A stretch of 64,000 bases of DNA, filler included, from Sphacelaria rigidula (taxonomy: Eukaryota): assembly GCA_964200075.2 (NCBI GenBank). It is 7 parts of 7 records of this genome, joined end to end, with 100 filler letters (N's around TTAATTAATTAA, not from the genome) between each part and the next. Parts side by side here need not be neighbours in the genome. Positions count along the whole stretch, not along the records: positions 36,646 to 45,706 come from CAXNAA020009405.1; positions 45,807 to 54,866 come from CAXNAA020009406.1; 5 more parts are not named here. The stretch is one strand, 5' to 3'. Within the stretch, counting starts at the first letter, position 1; every line of letters starts with the position of its first letter. Made by a program: the position numbers and the translations under genes. Positions 38,454 through 50,549 of the stretch are shown piece by piece. The notes beneath the pieces are model-generated. The model made no database searches. It was not told the origin of the DNA and worked only from the letters and a program-made list of their open reading frames with translations.

Positions 38454-41103
38454 AGCCCCAGTGTCGGCAACACTCCAGAGAACACGTACGGCGCGCACAG
38501 CCGCGGATGTCTCGGCCGCGAAGTCGACCGTAAGATCGGCAAACCCACCGAGTGCTGGACGCCGTACGGATGACGTCGCGCTCCGAGAACATCAACGGCT
38601 GAGCACGTCGCCGCAGAAAAAAGGCAGCTCAGACAGAGCCGCCGGTGTGGCTACTTCCGGTGAGCTTGCGGAGGATTCGAGGGATCAGCCGGAACAACGA
38701 CATGGGCAGCGCCGGCAACATAAGCGGCGTTTCGGCGGCGAAGCGGGCGCTGGCGCCGGCGCCGGCGTGAGGAGTAGTGGGTACAACGCTGAGCAACAAC
38801 ATGGTGCATCCGTCGAACACGATGCTGACCACAGCTCTGCTCGTGCTGCTGGCAGGTTGGCCGGCGACGTCCGTGACAGCGGTTGCCTTGGGGACAACAA
38901 GCAAGTGGAGCGTGCCGACGACAGCTGGGCCCGCCGCCAGAGGCGGCGCTTGAACGGTTCTCATGATCTCGAGCCCTCGACACCAGCAGCCGCAGCGACG
39001 GCCGCTCCGGCCGCTTCGGCGGTCATCACTACTACGTCTGGACGATCTGACAAGCAAAAGCAGCAGCAGCACCATCACCAGCGTATACGGCCTACACTGA
39101 CAGAGGGGGAACCCGGGTCCTGCGCCTCGGGTGATGATAGTGCTTTTTCTTCTTCCGTGTCTTGTTCGCCCCCTGCACTGTTCTTGAATCACCACCCCCA
39201 GCAACGACAGCCACGCAACTCGCTGCACAGGCTGCAAGGAAGAGGGAGCAGCGCTGAGCGACCCCTACGTTGTGATAGCATCCCGATGCACCAACCCCAC
39301 CGCTCGGCTGATGGCGATATCCAGCCACGAGAGGATGAGCAGATGCGGCGGCCTGACGGGTCTTCTCCGCACGAATGCGGCGGTGACGATCGGTACATTT
39401 CACACCATCGATGCACCCCAGACAGGAATCAGGAGGCCCTGGTAGTTCCCCCTCACGACCAGGTTAGATTGGCGAAAACCGTCACGTCGATGCCGTGGGG
39501 AGCAAACCCCGGGTGCGGGATAACCGCCTCGTTCAGGAACGAAGAAGTAGCACCAGCAGCCAAAGGACACAGTTGCGGCTATGGTATGCGGGGTTTCGAG
39601 GATGAACCGAAACGCCGTGAGACGAGTGCGGGGGGGAGCGCGGAGGCGGCGGCAGCAGCGGAGGCGGCGGCAGCAGCGTTCCAACAGCAGCGCTACTATC
39701 AGTACCTCCATAGCTACGGTCACCATCCGTACCGCACTTTTTGCCCGCAGATTGGAGGTGCCCCTGCGCAACTCATGGAGAGCGCGGCCGCCGCCGGAGC
39801 CATTAGGCGCTGTGGAGCACACCCCGCTATGTACGCAAACCTTACGTGGTACGGAACACCGGCCACTGGGGTTGAGGCCCGTTGCAGCGACTCCATCTAC
39901 AGCAGCAGCACTGTCTATAGCAGCAGCGGTGGCAGCAATGACAAAAGCCGTGTATCAACCGCAATATCACCGAGTGCCAGCGCCGCCGTCGCCGTCAACG
40001 ACGCACGCGGCGGAGGCTATCCGGCCGTACGCCCGCCGCGGTTATCGAGGGGCGGCGGGAGTGGCGAGGCAGGCGGTGGGCCGAATCGCGGGTGCGTGGG
40101 TGGCGGCGCTGCGAACGACGGACAGGGAGGCCACGCTGGCGCCGGGATGGTGACGACAAATGAAACCTCATTTGCCGCAGGGGCTGCGGTCAAGGGTCAA
40201 AAGCAAAGGGAAAGGAAAACCTGGATGGAAGCCGCGCTCGCTAGTCGCCAGCTCCCCGACATGAAGTCTCGGAAGGCACCCTCCTTTTTTTCTTCGTTGC
40301 CGTTTCGAGTTCGAGGCGACAGTGCCGGCGTAGGTGATGGTGATGGTGACTATGATGGCAGCGGCGGGCGGGGTAAAGATGGTGGTGGCATCAGCGGTGC
40401 GGGCCACCGCGGACATGGGATACCGAGGATGCGCGCTCCGCCCGCACGCAATGCTTGGCATGGAATGGTTCCCGGACCTTCCCCGATGTCGGTTGGATCA
40501 CGATGGACGTACATAGCTGCAGGAAGTACCTCGGAAGGTGGCAGCAACAACCCCAGCGGCGCGGGGGACAGAAGTGGCAGCGACGTTGATTGTCGCGGAG
40601 GCTCGCGATGGGGCTTTTCCAAAGGATTGGACCCGCCTTCAACGTCGTACTTTTCGGCGGTTGCTGGTGGTGTACGAGAGTCGTGGCCAGGTCGGCCAGT
40701 TGTATGCGCAGGTGATGATCCTACCCGCGGCACCGACGGCGGCCCGGGTTACGCGGAGAACATTAGTGACCATGAGCGACAGAGGTCGGGAGGCGGTAGC
40801 CGCCGGAGCCGAGCGCACTCTCTCCGCTCCGCTGAGACCGGCATCCATAGGGATGAAGATCGCACTGATTCTACTTTTCCCACCGGATGGCCGCCCGTCA
40901 CCAGGCCCGCTGCCTCAGTTAGAGCTGTCGGCAGGGAGACGGAGGGTGGTGGAAAAAACGTTGACCGGTCGGATTTTGCCCTCAACGATGAGGGCAAACG
41001 GCTGGTAACGTACGACCGTGGGTCTGGTACCCTCCAGCCGCTGGATCCGCTCGTGCGGGGGCTGTCGAGGCCAAGCCGCCTTGACAAAAAGTGCTCCGCA
41101 TAA
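38454..41103 (+). CDS. Large terminal exon (~880 aa) of an unknown low-complexity, probably disordered protein
   Basis: Stop-free GC-rich 3-kb frame with poly-Ala/Gln/Gly runs. The first ~380 bp of the 1009-aa ORF look intronic (repeat copy, C-rich tract, ctcac branch-like site, acceptor tgtcttag at 38453). A possible phase-compatible upstream exon is 37933-38012 (MWSAGPLRIVSIDVASPQSRDCPIDAG, donor gtgagg). Confidence 0.7.
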
Positions 41104-44100
41104 ATCGCTGTATTTTTTGGTTAAAGAAATTTACATTTGTCCTCCCGAAGCGTTCGAGGCTGGGATCTTTGATGTTGGACAGCGTTTGTATGGTCAGGGA
41201 AGTTTTCCTTCTCTAGGAGTGCGCCCGTAAAGATTATTGCATACTTTTACCGGGGGATTTTACAATGAAGGATGCAGTCGCCGGCGTACGCGGGGGCTGA
41301 AATGGATGGATTACGTGGTCTCCTCGAAGCGCTCGGGGGTGGGATCAATGACGGCCCTTGTATGGTGGAGGTATATTTTTTGCTACAGGAGCGCGTCCGT
41401 GCACGAGGAGTCCATGTCACTTACGTTTGTTTACGAGAGGGAGAGGCATCATTCGTTGGCGTATGTGTATCCCGAATGCCCTACGCTGTTATGTATGCTC
41501 AAAAGTTGTACACAGTAGTGGTATACGCAAAAAGCCCGTGTTTGTTCTGCATTTGTGTTTGTTTGAGAGCTCTTGTAGACCTCTATATCTCACACACACT
41601 TGCAGTCTGCGGGGTTGCGGCTTGACCTGTATTTCAGTTTTGAAGGTTTTGCGCTTTTACGTAGGAGGAACAAAGTGCATGTTATTTAGCTTTGACTGCT
41701 GGATTTGGAATCGTGAGTCTGGATGTGAATCTGGATTCGACTAGATAAGAACTAAAATCTGTCTCTCAAAGTGCTTCTGTCTCTCCATCTCTCTTCTTTT
41801 CCTACTTCTTTCCCTTCTTGGTCGTTTGTGTATATGCCCTTGTTTGTGCTCTCCCCCTTACCGACTAGGTGTAGACAATAGACACGGTAGCTGCGCGTCT
41901 TTATTTGACGTTACGTAGCCCAGGCGCACGCGCATGAACGCGTGGATTTCTGCTTCTCTCCACCCCCCCCCCCCTCCCCCCGTACAGTGCATGTAGAATG
42001 TGCTGATACGAACAACTACGCGGTAAATTTCCTGAGTGTGGAGTAGTGTAAATCTTGTTTGACATCGCTTAGTAGAGTATATGCTCCCCGCAGACGGGGA
42101 CAGTAGCCTTGACATGAACAATCTACAAGTATTGTTGCGGTATGCTCAGGTATTGAATAATCTCAGACCTCTGAGGGTGACTGACCACAACAAGTATTTA
42201 GTATATCGGTGTGTGTTAGTAGGGAGGAGGGAGGGGGGGGAGGTCTGCGGTGTTGTCTACCATTTGTGGTAATGGAGGTTGGGAGTGCCGTACATGGCCA
42301 GAGGTACCCCTGTGTAGCCAGTTTTCATATTTTTGTCGGTTGGGGTTGACAAAAAGGAAATGAAACGCTGTACTTTTGAGGCTGATGTTGCAAGATGGCA
42401 ATTGTGCGCAAACTCGTAGTCTCATGTCAGACCAGGGTTGGTCAACGCGGTCTTATTTTGCCTTCCCACCAATCATGATCGCATATTCGACGAGGGAATT
42501 AGGTAGAATGCCGAAACGACACACGAAACGACATATCCACTGTACCGAAGACGACTCCGAAGAACGATAGGACAAAACCGACATTTCGACAAGTGGGCAG
42601 AAATGGAAATTTGCGAAAGATATAGATGATGATTGCTCTCGAGTCCAAATTATACTGCACGAGAAAAGGCGGGATCTCGCGAACCAGGCACGGGTACTAC
42701 CGACTCTAGTCGACATCTCGGAGCTGACGGTCACATGCAGTCAGTATTTTTACTGACCGATGTATGGGTGTCAGATATTGAGAGTTCGGTAGTCTGACGT
42801 GCACCAGTCGAGTACTATTTACCTGGATTTGCCTTCCTTTGAGTTACCGTCCGCAATGTTCCCATCACCGCGGCCGTTTTCTCGTAGCGTTGTGTAAAGC
42901 GTGCCGTCTCGGAGTGTTGGGGGTGTCGAGCTTCCGTGGTCCTCATGTCGAAGGTGGGTTCGGGAGGTTTTAAACAGGATCGAGGCCAGACTTGTCAATG
43001 TCCCGTGGGGTCTGCCCGCGGCCGCGCACGATCCAACCACGAACTCCTGCTGTTCGAGCATCCTGCGTTGTCTCGCGTAACCTTGAAAGATAGTGAGGAG
43101 TTCAGCGCTGTATTCGTGGTTTTGATTTTCTTGCTCGACTTCGCTCTACAATACACCATATCTGTGTGTGGTGATTGTACGTCGATCCTCCTGGATCTGA
43201 GCGCCGTACTGCGCACCGTCCGATACTATTCCGAGAAAGTAGTGAACTGCTGAAATCCGTGTGGAGTTTTGCCGTGGTAAATATTATATTCACCTACCGT
43301 TTGTGGCTTATTGACTTGGCTGTATGCGTGTCATTTGTGATAGCCACCACACAGTGTACGTGGGATAGGCGGGGTGGGCGTAAGGAAGGGGTAGTAGTAG
43401 TTCACGGTGTGAAACGCTTCTGCTATACTGTTTGTCGACGTAACCTCTGCTCCTCATGAGTGCGTGTGTCTTTGTGTCCTATGCCCTGCGTCCTATTGTG
43501 TTTTGCGTGTGAGGCCCATATGCTGGGCAGCTGCGATAGTATTACGATCCCTCCTCAACTAGGTTTTGAGGTTCGTCTGAGGTTCGGGGATGGGTTGCGT
43601 CGTTGGTTACTTGTTTTTAAAAGAGATGATTCATCACCTAGACGTTGAGAGAGTGCCACCACCGCCTGTAGATCCACACATATTGTGTCGACGTGTGGAT
43701 CACCTCCAGGTTCCCATCACATGAGGTCTCCAACCTGAGCGAATAGGTCATGCACCGTGATTTGCGGCTCAACCGTATTATTGATTATTTCTACATATTG
43801 GTTCCACTGAGTTCAAAGACACGGTGGCTCAAAAGCACCGATTGGCCTAGGAGCAGCTCGCGGTTCCATTTGACTTTTTGTTTTTGTTCCTGTTTCGCCT
43901 TCATTGATTATGTTTTATCTTGGGGATCCTGGTCCCAAATATGTTTCGGGAGTATGCGAGCGCCATCCCTTTTTGAAACACACACACGCACAATTTCAAC
44001 CCGGTGAGGTTGTGGGGGTGGAGAGATGAGTTATTACTTACTGCACATCGCCACTCAGTTTTTTTTTGTTGGTGGTATATTTTCATCTTCGGTGACGAAA

Positions 44101-46875
44101 ACAAATCGAGTCTGCATTTGGGTTGGTTGATCCTTCCTTTCTACTTGGCTTACATCCAATCCTATTGATAATACTGTAGTGCGATGGACCGCAAGAAGCG
44201 GTGGAGATCACGCGGTGGCAGAGGCAGCAGCAGGAGGAAGCCGAGTGACGGTAGGGATCGTGTTGCGTTTTTGCTCGAGGGTCCGTGGTTTTTCCCACAT
44301 TAAATACGGGAAAAACGAATGCCGGCGGTTTGTCTCGAGTTTTGTTCGTCTCCGGATATGCACCTTTGTACAAACAACGGTTGTTTATCCGGTTGTGATT
44401 GGTATTTCTCGTATATGCATACTCCAAAGTGTGTAGTATATATATATATATATATATAGAATATTTCAAACCTCACGAGCGTGAAGCATACTTTGTAACG
44501 AGGCGTCCACGAGACTTTATGCTGATTTTAGTGTCAAATTTCCTCCGCACCCGCCCCGAGAGTTGACTGTTCGGGCTAATGCTAATGTCAGGGGCCCGGT
44601 TAGCAGATTTGTGCTTTACTTTGTGCGGGGGTACACATGCGTTCGCAACCATTCGAACGGACGCGCGATCGCGGTGGTCCTGCAATGTTTCCGGCGGGCA
44701 TGAATATTTTGAGAGAGGATCTATTCTCACGAGGGCTTGGCAAGGCGAGAATACCGAGACCCTCGAAAAAGACGGATGGGACCGGGGCGCAGCCCCGGGT
44801 CCCGTGCGGCTTGTATATAATAAATATGTCTGAATCCATGTTGTAACCAACCGTTGTACGTATGCGTGTACTCTGAGATGCATTTAGCACGTTGCTTGTG
44901 GAGGTGTTTTTTTCATCAGATCCAATTTCGGGACGGGATTCGTGAGGTACAGCTGTAGTCATGGGATGATCCTGTTTATACTTGCTCTCTTTCGTGAGAA
45001 AGCCGGCTGTAGGGTGCAAATTATATCTTACCAACGGTGCCTACGGTGCTATAATTGGGTTATTTGAAACTTTGAAGTTATGGAGATGCCCATTCATTAT
45101 TTCCTTCCTCTTTTTCCATTCAGGAAACGGACAAGGGGCCCCTCGTCGGTAAAATGTTGTCGACCAGCTCGGACACTTTTCAGAGGTCAACACTCCCCCC
45201 CCCAACAAGCTGTGGCTGTCTCTGGAAGTGGCGAGACCAGAAAATGAAGCAACTCATTGTAGGCTGTCATCCAAATGCAATATAATCAGTAGGCTTCGGG
45301 CTGAACAATCTTGGCAGGATGCAGCTCGCGCTTCANNNNNNNNNCGAACACAGTACGGCGCTTCGTGCTTGGTGATTGATTGCGAGCCTGGTCCGGCGAA
45401 AACCCGGCGTGCTCCGTCCCCGCTTTGTAGGGATGCGAGGTCAATGGTCTCATGACTACGAATGGCATGTATGATCACGAGTACGCCCCCCCCGCGCCCA
45501 TTACTCAGTTTATATCGATTAGTGGTCGAGACTCAAACGTAGACTGAATAAATTTAGACATTACGTGTATAAACTGCGACCTGCAGGGTCGAACGTTTAG
45601 TCTTTTGGACAAACAAAATGAAAACCGCATACAAATATAACAACAAATTGTGCGAATTGAGGTTTAACTCCGAGATGAGGCTCAAGCCTAAAACAGTGCT
45701 TTCCCCNNNNNNNNNNNNNNNNNNNNNNNNNNNNNNNNNNNNNNNNNNNNTTAATTAATTAANNNNNNNNNNNNNNNNNNNNNNNNNNNNNNNNNNNNNN
45801 NNNNNNAGCTCACCCTTCATGCGACTCGCCGAATAAACCACGGCGCTTCGCGCTTGGTGATCAATTGCGAGCCTGGTCCGGCGAAAACCGGCGTGCTCCG
45901 TCCCGGCTTCGTAGGGATGCGAGGTCGATGGTAATATGACTACAGCATGCAAGATGATCACGAGTACACTCCCCTCCCTTCCCCCCCCGCTCCCCCTTAA
46001 GCCGAGGGTAACACCAACGATGTCCGCATGTAAAATGATCATGATCCAGCGCCATCACGGCAAAGCGATTCACGCTAGACCGGCGACCATGAGTGCTGTC
46101 TGGCGTACACCCCTTGTGTTTTAGTCGGTCAACTGATTCTCCCGGCTTGCATAGTTGACATTTCAGCGGGACAACACACGCGACCAATTCATTAGCCACA
46201 TTTCTGAGCAAATCATTACCGAAGACTGTCGTGTGGAGGCACACTATCGTACATTGCGCAAGCACGATGTGTGGTATGCCTCCGACTCGAACCCGTGGAT
46301 ATGCGTTTTCAACCCCCGGAGAGCGCTAAACACGAAATCAACTCCCTAGAAGTCATCGAGAGTATCATAATGCTATTTGTTTCTCGGTGGTCTGTCTTCT
46401 AGCACACAGATACGCTTACTGCTGCACACTTCCGTTGCGGGAACCAGTGGCGCGATGCGTCCATCTGGAACCATGCAGACCGTGCACATTTTTTCGAGTG
46501 AAATTGATGCCGATTCAAACCCCCGAGTGATACCATACGACCAGTTCGGTAAAATGGGGGGCGAGCGTCCGCGAGTTATCCGCGAGTCATTCCGGAACAG
46601 TTTCAGGGGGTCTTTGTGTAGCTGTCGCCACTGTCGCGCAAGTATTCGGGGAAGTTTAACTCGAGTCACCACGACTTGGGCTTCGCCTGCTTGGTCGGCG
46701 TATATATTTTAAGTTGACTCTTTCAGTTTTGGGTAAACCTTATACCGTGTTTTGCCTCCGAAACAAGAAATATCACCACTACGTGCCTTTGACGTTGTGC
46801 ATCACATCATGCTCAGGATTCTTCCCCCCTCGTCGGATTCGCTAGGCTATCCGATCTTTCGAAAACGTCCCTTCA

Positions 46876-47142
46876 CCCGTTGGACCGCGAACGTAATCCA
46901 TCTGGAGTGTGCATATTTTTTTCAAGTGAAATTGATGCCTATTCAGAAGGTGACCTGCCCTCGTGGCCAAAGGGTTAATATTGATGCCTATTCAAAAGGT
47001 GACCTGCCCTCGTGGTCAAAGGGCTATTTGACCCTTTGGCCACGAGGGCAGGTCACCTTCTGAATAGGCATCGGTTTCACTTGAAAAAATTATGTGTATC
47101 CCAGATGGATCCAGATGGACTACCCGCATCGCGGTCCAAGGG
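46876..47142. mobile_element. piggyBac-type foldback MITE (CCC...GGG ends, TTCA/TTAA flanks) with an internal duplication
   Basis: ttca|cccgttggaccgcga...tcgcggtccaaggg|ttaa. The arm gatgcctattcagaaggtgacctgccctcgtggccaaaggg is present twice direct and once inverted. Confidence 0.75.
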
Positions 47143-47189
47143 TTAAGGAAAACCCAAGTGGGGATGTTTTGTGTCTCACCATTCGACCG

Positions 47190-47330
47190 CCAGGTTCATC
47201 TCGGAGCAGTTTTGTCGGAGGACAGTCACGGGTATGCACGGGTTACCAGGCGGGAGTGCGATTTATCCTCGTGGTGCAGATTCTCACATTACCCGAAGAG
47301 CTCCAGAAGTCAACCATCCGCGGTGTCGAG
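47190..47330 (+). pseudogene. Possible very decayed non-LTR (RTE-like) RT fragment
   Basis: VHLGAVLSEDSHGYARVTRR...SWCRFSHY...QPSA resembles the YLG...RRI..AW..F..Y segment that follows the RT core of RTE-clade LINEs. Recognised by eye only. Confidence 0.35.
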
Positions 47331-47786
47331 GAAATTTGTAGGAGGACAGAAAAAGTTAAATCTCGTTCGAAGCTAAGACAAAAGGGTCCTCTGACCAATC
47401 AAAAGCGGTAAAAAAGGAGCTGAACTTCGTTTCAGATTGCTTCATATCAAGTTTTGAGTGGTATTTCTCTGAAATATACATGCGGTGCTCCTTGAAGCAG
47501 TCTTTCGACGCACACGCCTCCGTCATGGTTGTAAAGAGATGGGCACCGGACATACCATGGCACTGAGCGAACACGCGGCAAAGATTGTGTGCAATGAGCA
47601 GCGCTGACACCATAGCATTAATCCAGTCACTGATCGGGAAAAAACAAACTTCAGGCATTCAGGCATTCAGGCATGACGACACAGTAGTCGCGGAACTTTT
47701 GGAGCAGTCAAAATCTGTTCAAGGCTTTCCTCCATAAGTAATTTCCAAGATACATTCTTCATTTGGTATTCGAAAATGCCGGATCA

Positions 47787-48392
47787 GCCCCTGTGGTGTA
47801 ATGGCCCATCTACCACCCTGAGCGCGGAGAGAACAAGGGTTCGAATCCCCGTGCGTTTTTTTTTCTTTGATCTGATTTCGATCGTCGAAAGCGTCAGTGC
47901 GTGAGTATACACGAGCAGCTGACCGAGTTTATCAGACGAAAGTTGACGCGGTGCGGGAGTGCTGACCCAGTCCGCGAGACGAAAGTGCAAGGCGTGTACT
48001 GGGGAGAGAAGGGTGGATCCTTTGAGACCACGGACTCATCCCGAGGAAGGAGAGGGGTCCAAATTGCGATGAATAAATGATGAAGAAGAGAAGAAAGAGG
48101 TATAATGGTCCGAATGTCATCATTAGGGTGGAGGGAACGTGGGTGAGATTCCCGATGCGCTGTTTTTTTTCTTTGAAGCATCTGGTTTCCACCGTCGAGA
48201 ACATGAGCACGTTAATAAACATGGTGTTGGCTGAGTTTGTTTGACGAGAGTTGACGCGGTGCGGGAGTGCTGGTCATGATCCAATCCGCGAGACCATAAT
48301 GCAAGGCGTGTGCCGGGGAGAGATGGATGGGTTGATCCCCTGAGACCATGGACTCGTCCCGAGGAACAGGAGGGGTTCAAAGTGCGACCCAG
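47787..48392 (+). mobile_element. tRNA-derived SINE-like repeat, two tandem copies (47787-48070, ~48100-48392); third copy ~52500-52785
   Basis: A box TGGTGTAATGG (47794-47804) and B box GGTTCGAATCC (47838-47848), then a T-run and a shared body gttgacgcggtgcgggagtgctg...tccgcgagac...ggggagaga...tgagacca.ggactc. Confidence 0.75.
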
Positions 48393-49350
48393 AAAATAAG
48401 ATATTTTTCTGTGTTTTTCTTCCGGGTATTGCAAAATTTATCAGCATTTTGTCACTTCGAGAGGCCCCGACGCATGTCGGTCCAAGCCCACTTCTCGTGG
48501 GTATGAAGAAGCTGCCCCTGAAACGTTTTGCCCCCGAAGGGGCTATGTGGAATGCGTGGATTCCCGTGTATTTTCCTCGATACTTCATGTCCCTTGTTGA
48601 CTTTCGATCGGACTGGTGCTTTCTCGTACAAACCAAAATGTGTCGTATATCCGTTGGTTCTCTCGAACGTTATCGGAAGAACTCAAAGTTTTCTTTTTTG
48701 GTTGGCTACCGTACACGTGGCATGAGTTGGAGAAGTTATTATCCCGGCCAAAAATCAAACGGAGCCTACGAATTAGCGGAAACATGCGCTCGACTGTTCT
48801 TGTAGAGTATAGCAAGTCCTTCCGAGGGGGCAGAATCTTCCCACCGAGTTCCCCTTTTCGGGAATATCGGCGCCGATCCGCCGAAAATAGCCATTATTCA
48901 GAGCAAAAATATCATGCCCACAAGCTGCAGCTTGAGTCGGGAAGAATAGGACGAGTTTGAGTCGATTCATCCTGGGTGATGCAGCAAAATAGAGAAGAGT
49001 CTGCCTCGACTCATCGCAAATGTTGCGTGGGCGTGAACGAGGACCCCCGTTGAGTCCAGCCGCTTCTGCGGTTTGTTCGCACGATCGAAGGCGCAATGAA
49101 TTTCAGAGCACACTCGCCTATACTACTTCTCTGATATGTTTTGTCTGTGTGACATGCTTGGCTGGCGAAATATGTTGCTGTGTGTGGTACTCTTTTCTTG
49201 CAAGCGGTGGGAGAATATACAATGTGTGTACAGGGGACAGCTCGTACTGTTTTGTCATGTAACGATTTTCTCTAGTTCTGTCTTATCTTGACATCCCGAT
49301 CGTTCCGGTGCCACATGTTTCGATTTTTGTTCATTTTCAAATTCACCCAG

Positions 49351-50482
49351 CGCGTGTCAGAAGCTGACCAGAAGCTAGCCTCGGCTCTCAAGGAGCTAAA
49401 GGTTCAGATGGATGAGGAGCAGAGCTTGGGAGAGGCCTTTTCCTTCACCAAAATTATTCTCAAACTGGGGACCATAGAGCGAATGCTGCGGCGTGTAAAG
49501 GTGCGTCCCCCTCTCTGTGTATACGTCTTTGAAGAACAAGGAAGACAATAACAACAACCACAGCATCCAGATGACGTCGTATGGGTTCACAACCAAATTG
49601 AAAAGATTTCTTGGGGTCGAGTACGTACCCCGGGGTGCCCCAGATATCCAGGGTATTTCGGAGTAACCTCCAAATCATACATTCAGCGCCGAACGCTCCA
49701 CATTGTCCTTTGCCTTGGAATCGCTCGATTCAGGCGGTGGCGCGAACCGCCAAAAACCTTGTATTATCCTCATACATTTTATTATACGGCTTTCCTGCAC
49801 ATAAGTGTCATTTTGTGACGCACGACAGCGCAGCAAGTACCCTAGGGTGCACAGGTTATCGACATTTAAACGTATAGTACTGGGTTTTTACAGGGTACCC
49901 AGGGCATCGACATCCCGAAATACCCTACTCTGTACCCTACCCTACCCAAACTACCTCTATGGAGGAATTTTGAGGTAGGGTCGGTACGCTGGGGTATCCT
50001 GAACTTTCGGGATAGTTTGGAGTACTGGGTACTCCAGGGTATCGACTACCGGAAATATTCATTCTTCCAGGGTACTCAGGGTATCGACACACCAAAATAC
50101 CCTACTCTCTACCCTACCCCACCAAATTTTACTCACATTGAAAGGAGGTTGGGGTAGGGTAGGGTCCCTTAGGTACCCTGGATTTTCAGGGCATTTTGGA
50201 GTAAAGGGTACTCCAGGGTACCCAGGGTATGGACACGCCGAAATGCCCTACTCTGCTACATTATCCTACCTATCCCTAGCTATCTGTGCGAGATTGCTTC
50301 TCCAGTTGCGAACTTTTGGCCAAAATGATGAACGAGCCCTTGAGAAGTGTTCTGTTGTCGATGTAGTTGTGTTGATGGCTGTGGTGGTTCGCAGTGATTG
50401 TACCTGTTGCCTTTGTACGTATGTGGGCGTTCGTGCCCCCTTCGTCAACCTTCCTGGTCGCACGACGAACACGTAGAATACA

Positions 50483-50549
<67 letters not shown>

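Noticed and set aside
42800..44260. Possible small exons near 42820-43070 and 44180-44250
   Set aside because: Splice-like sites exist, but there is no recognisable peptide or consistent gene model.
47787..47856. Functional tRNA gene
   Set aside because: The acceptor and anticodon stems do not pair, and it is the head of a repeated unit.
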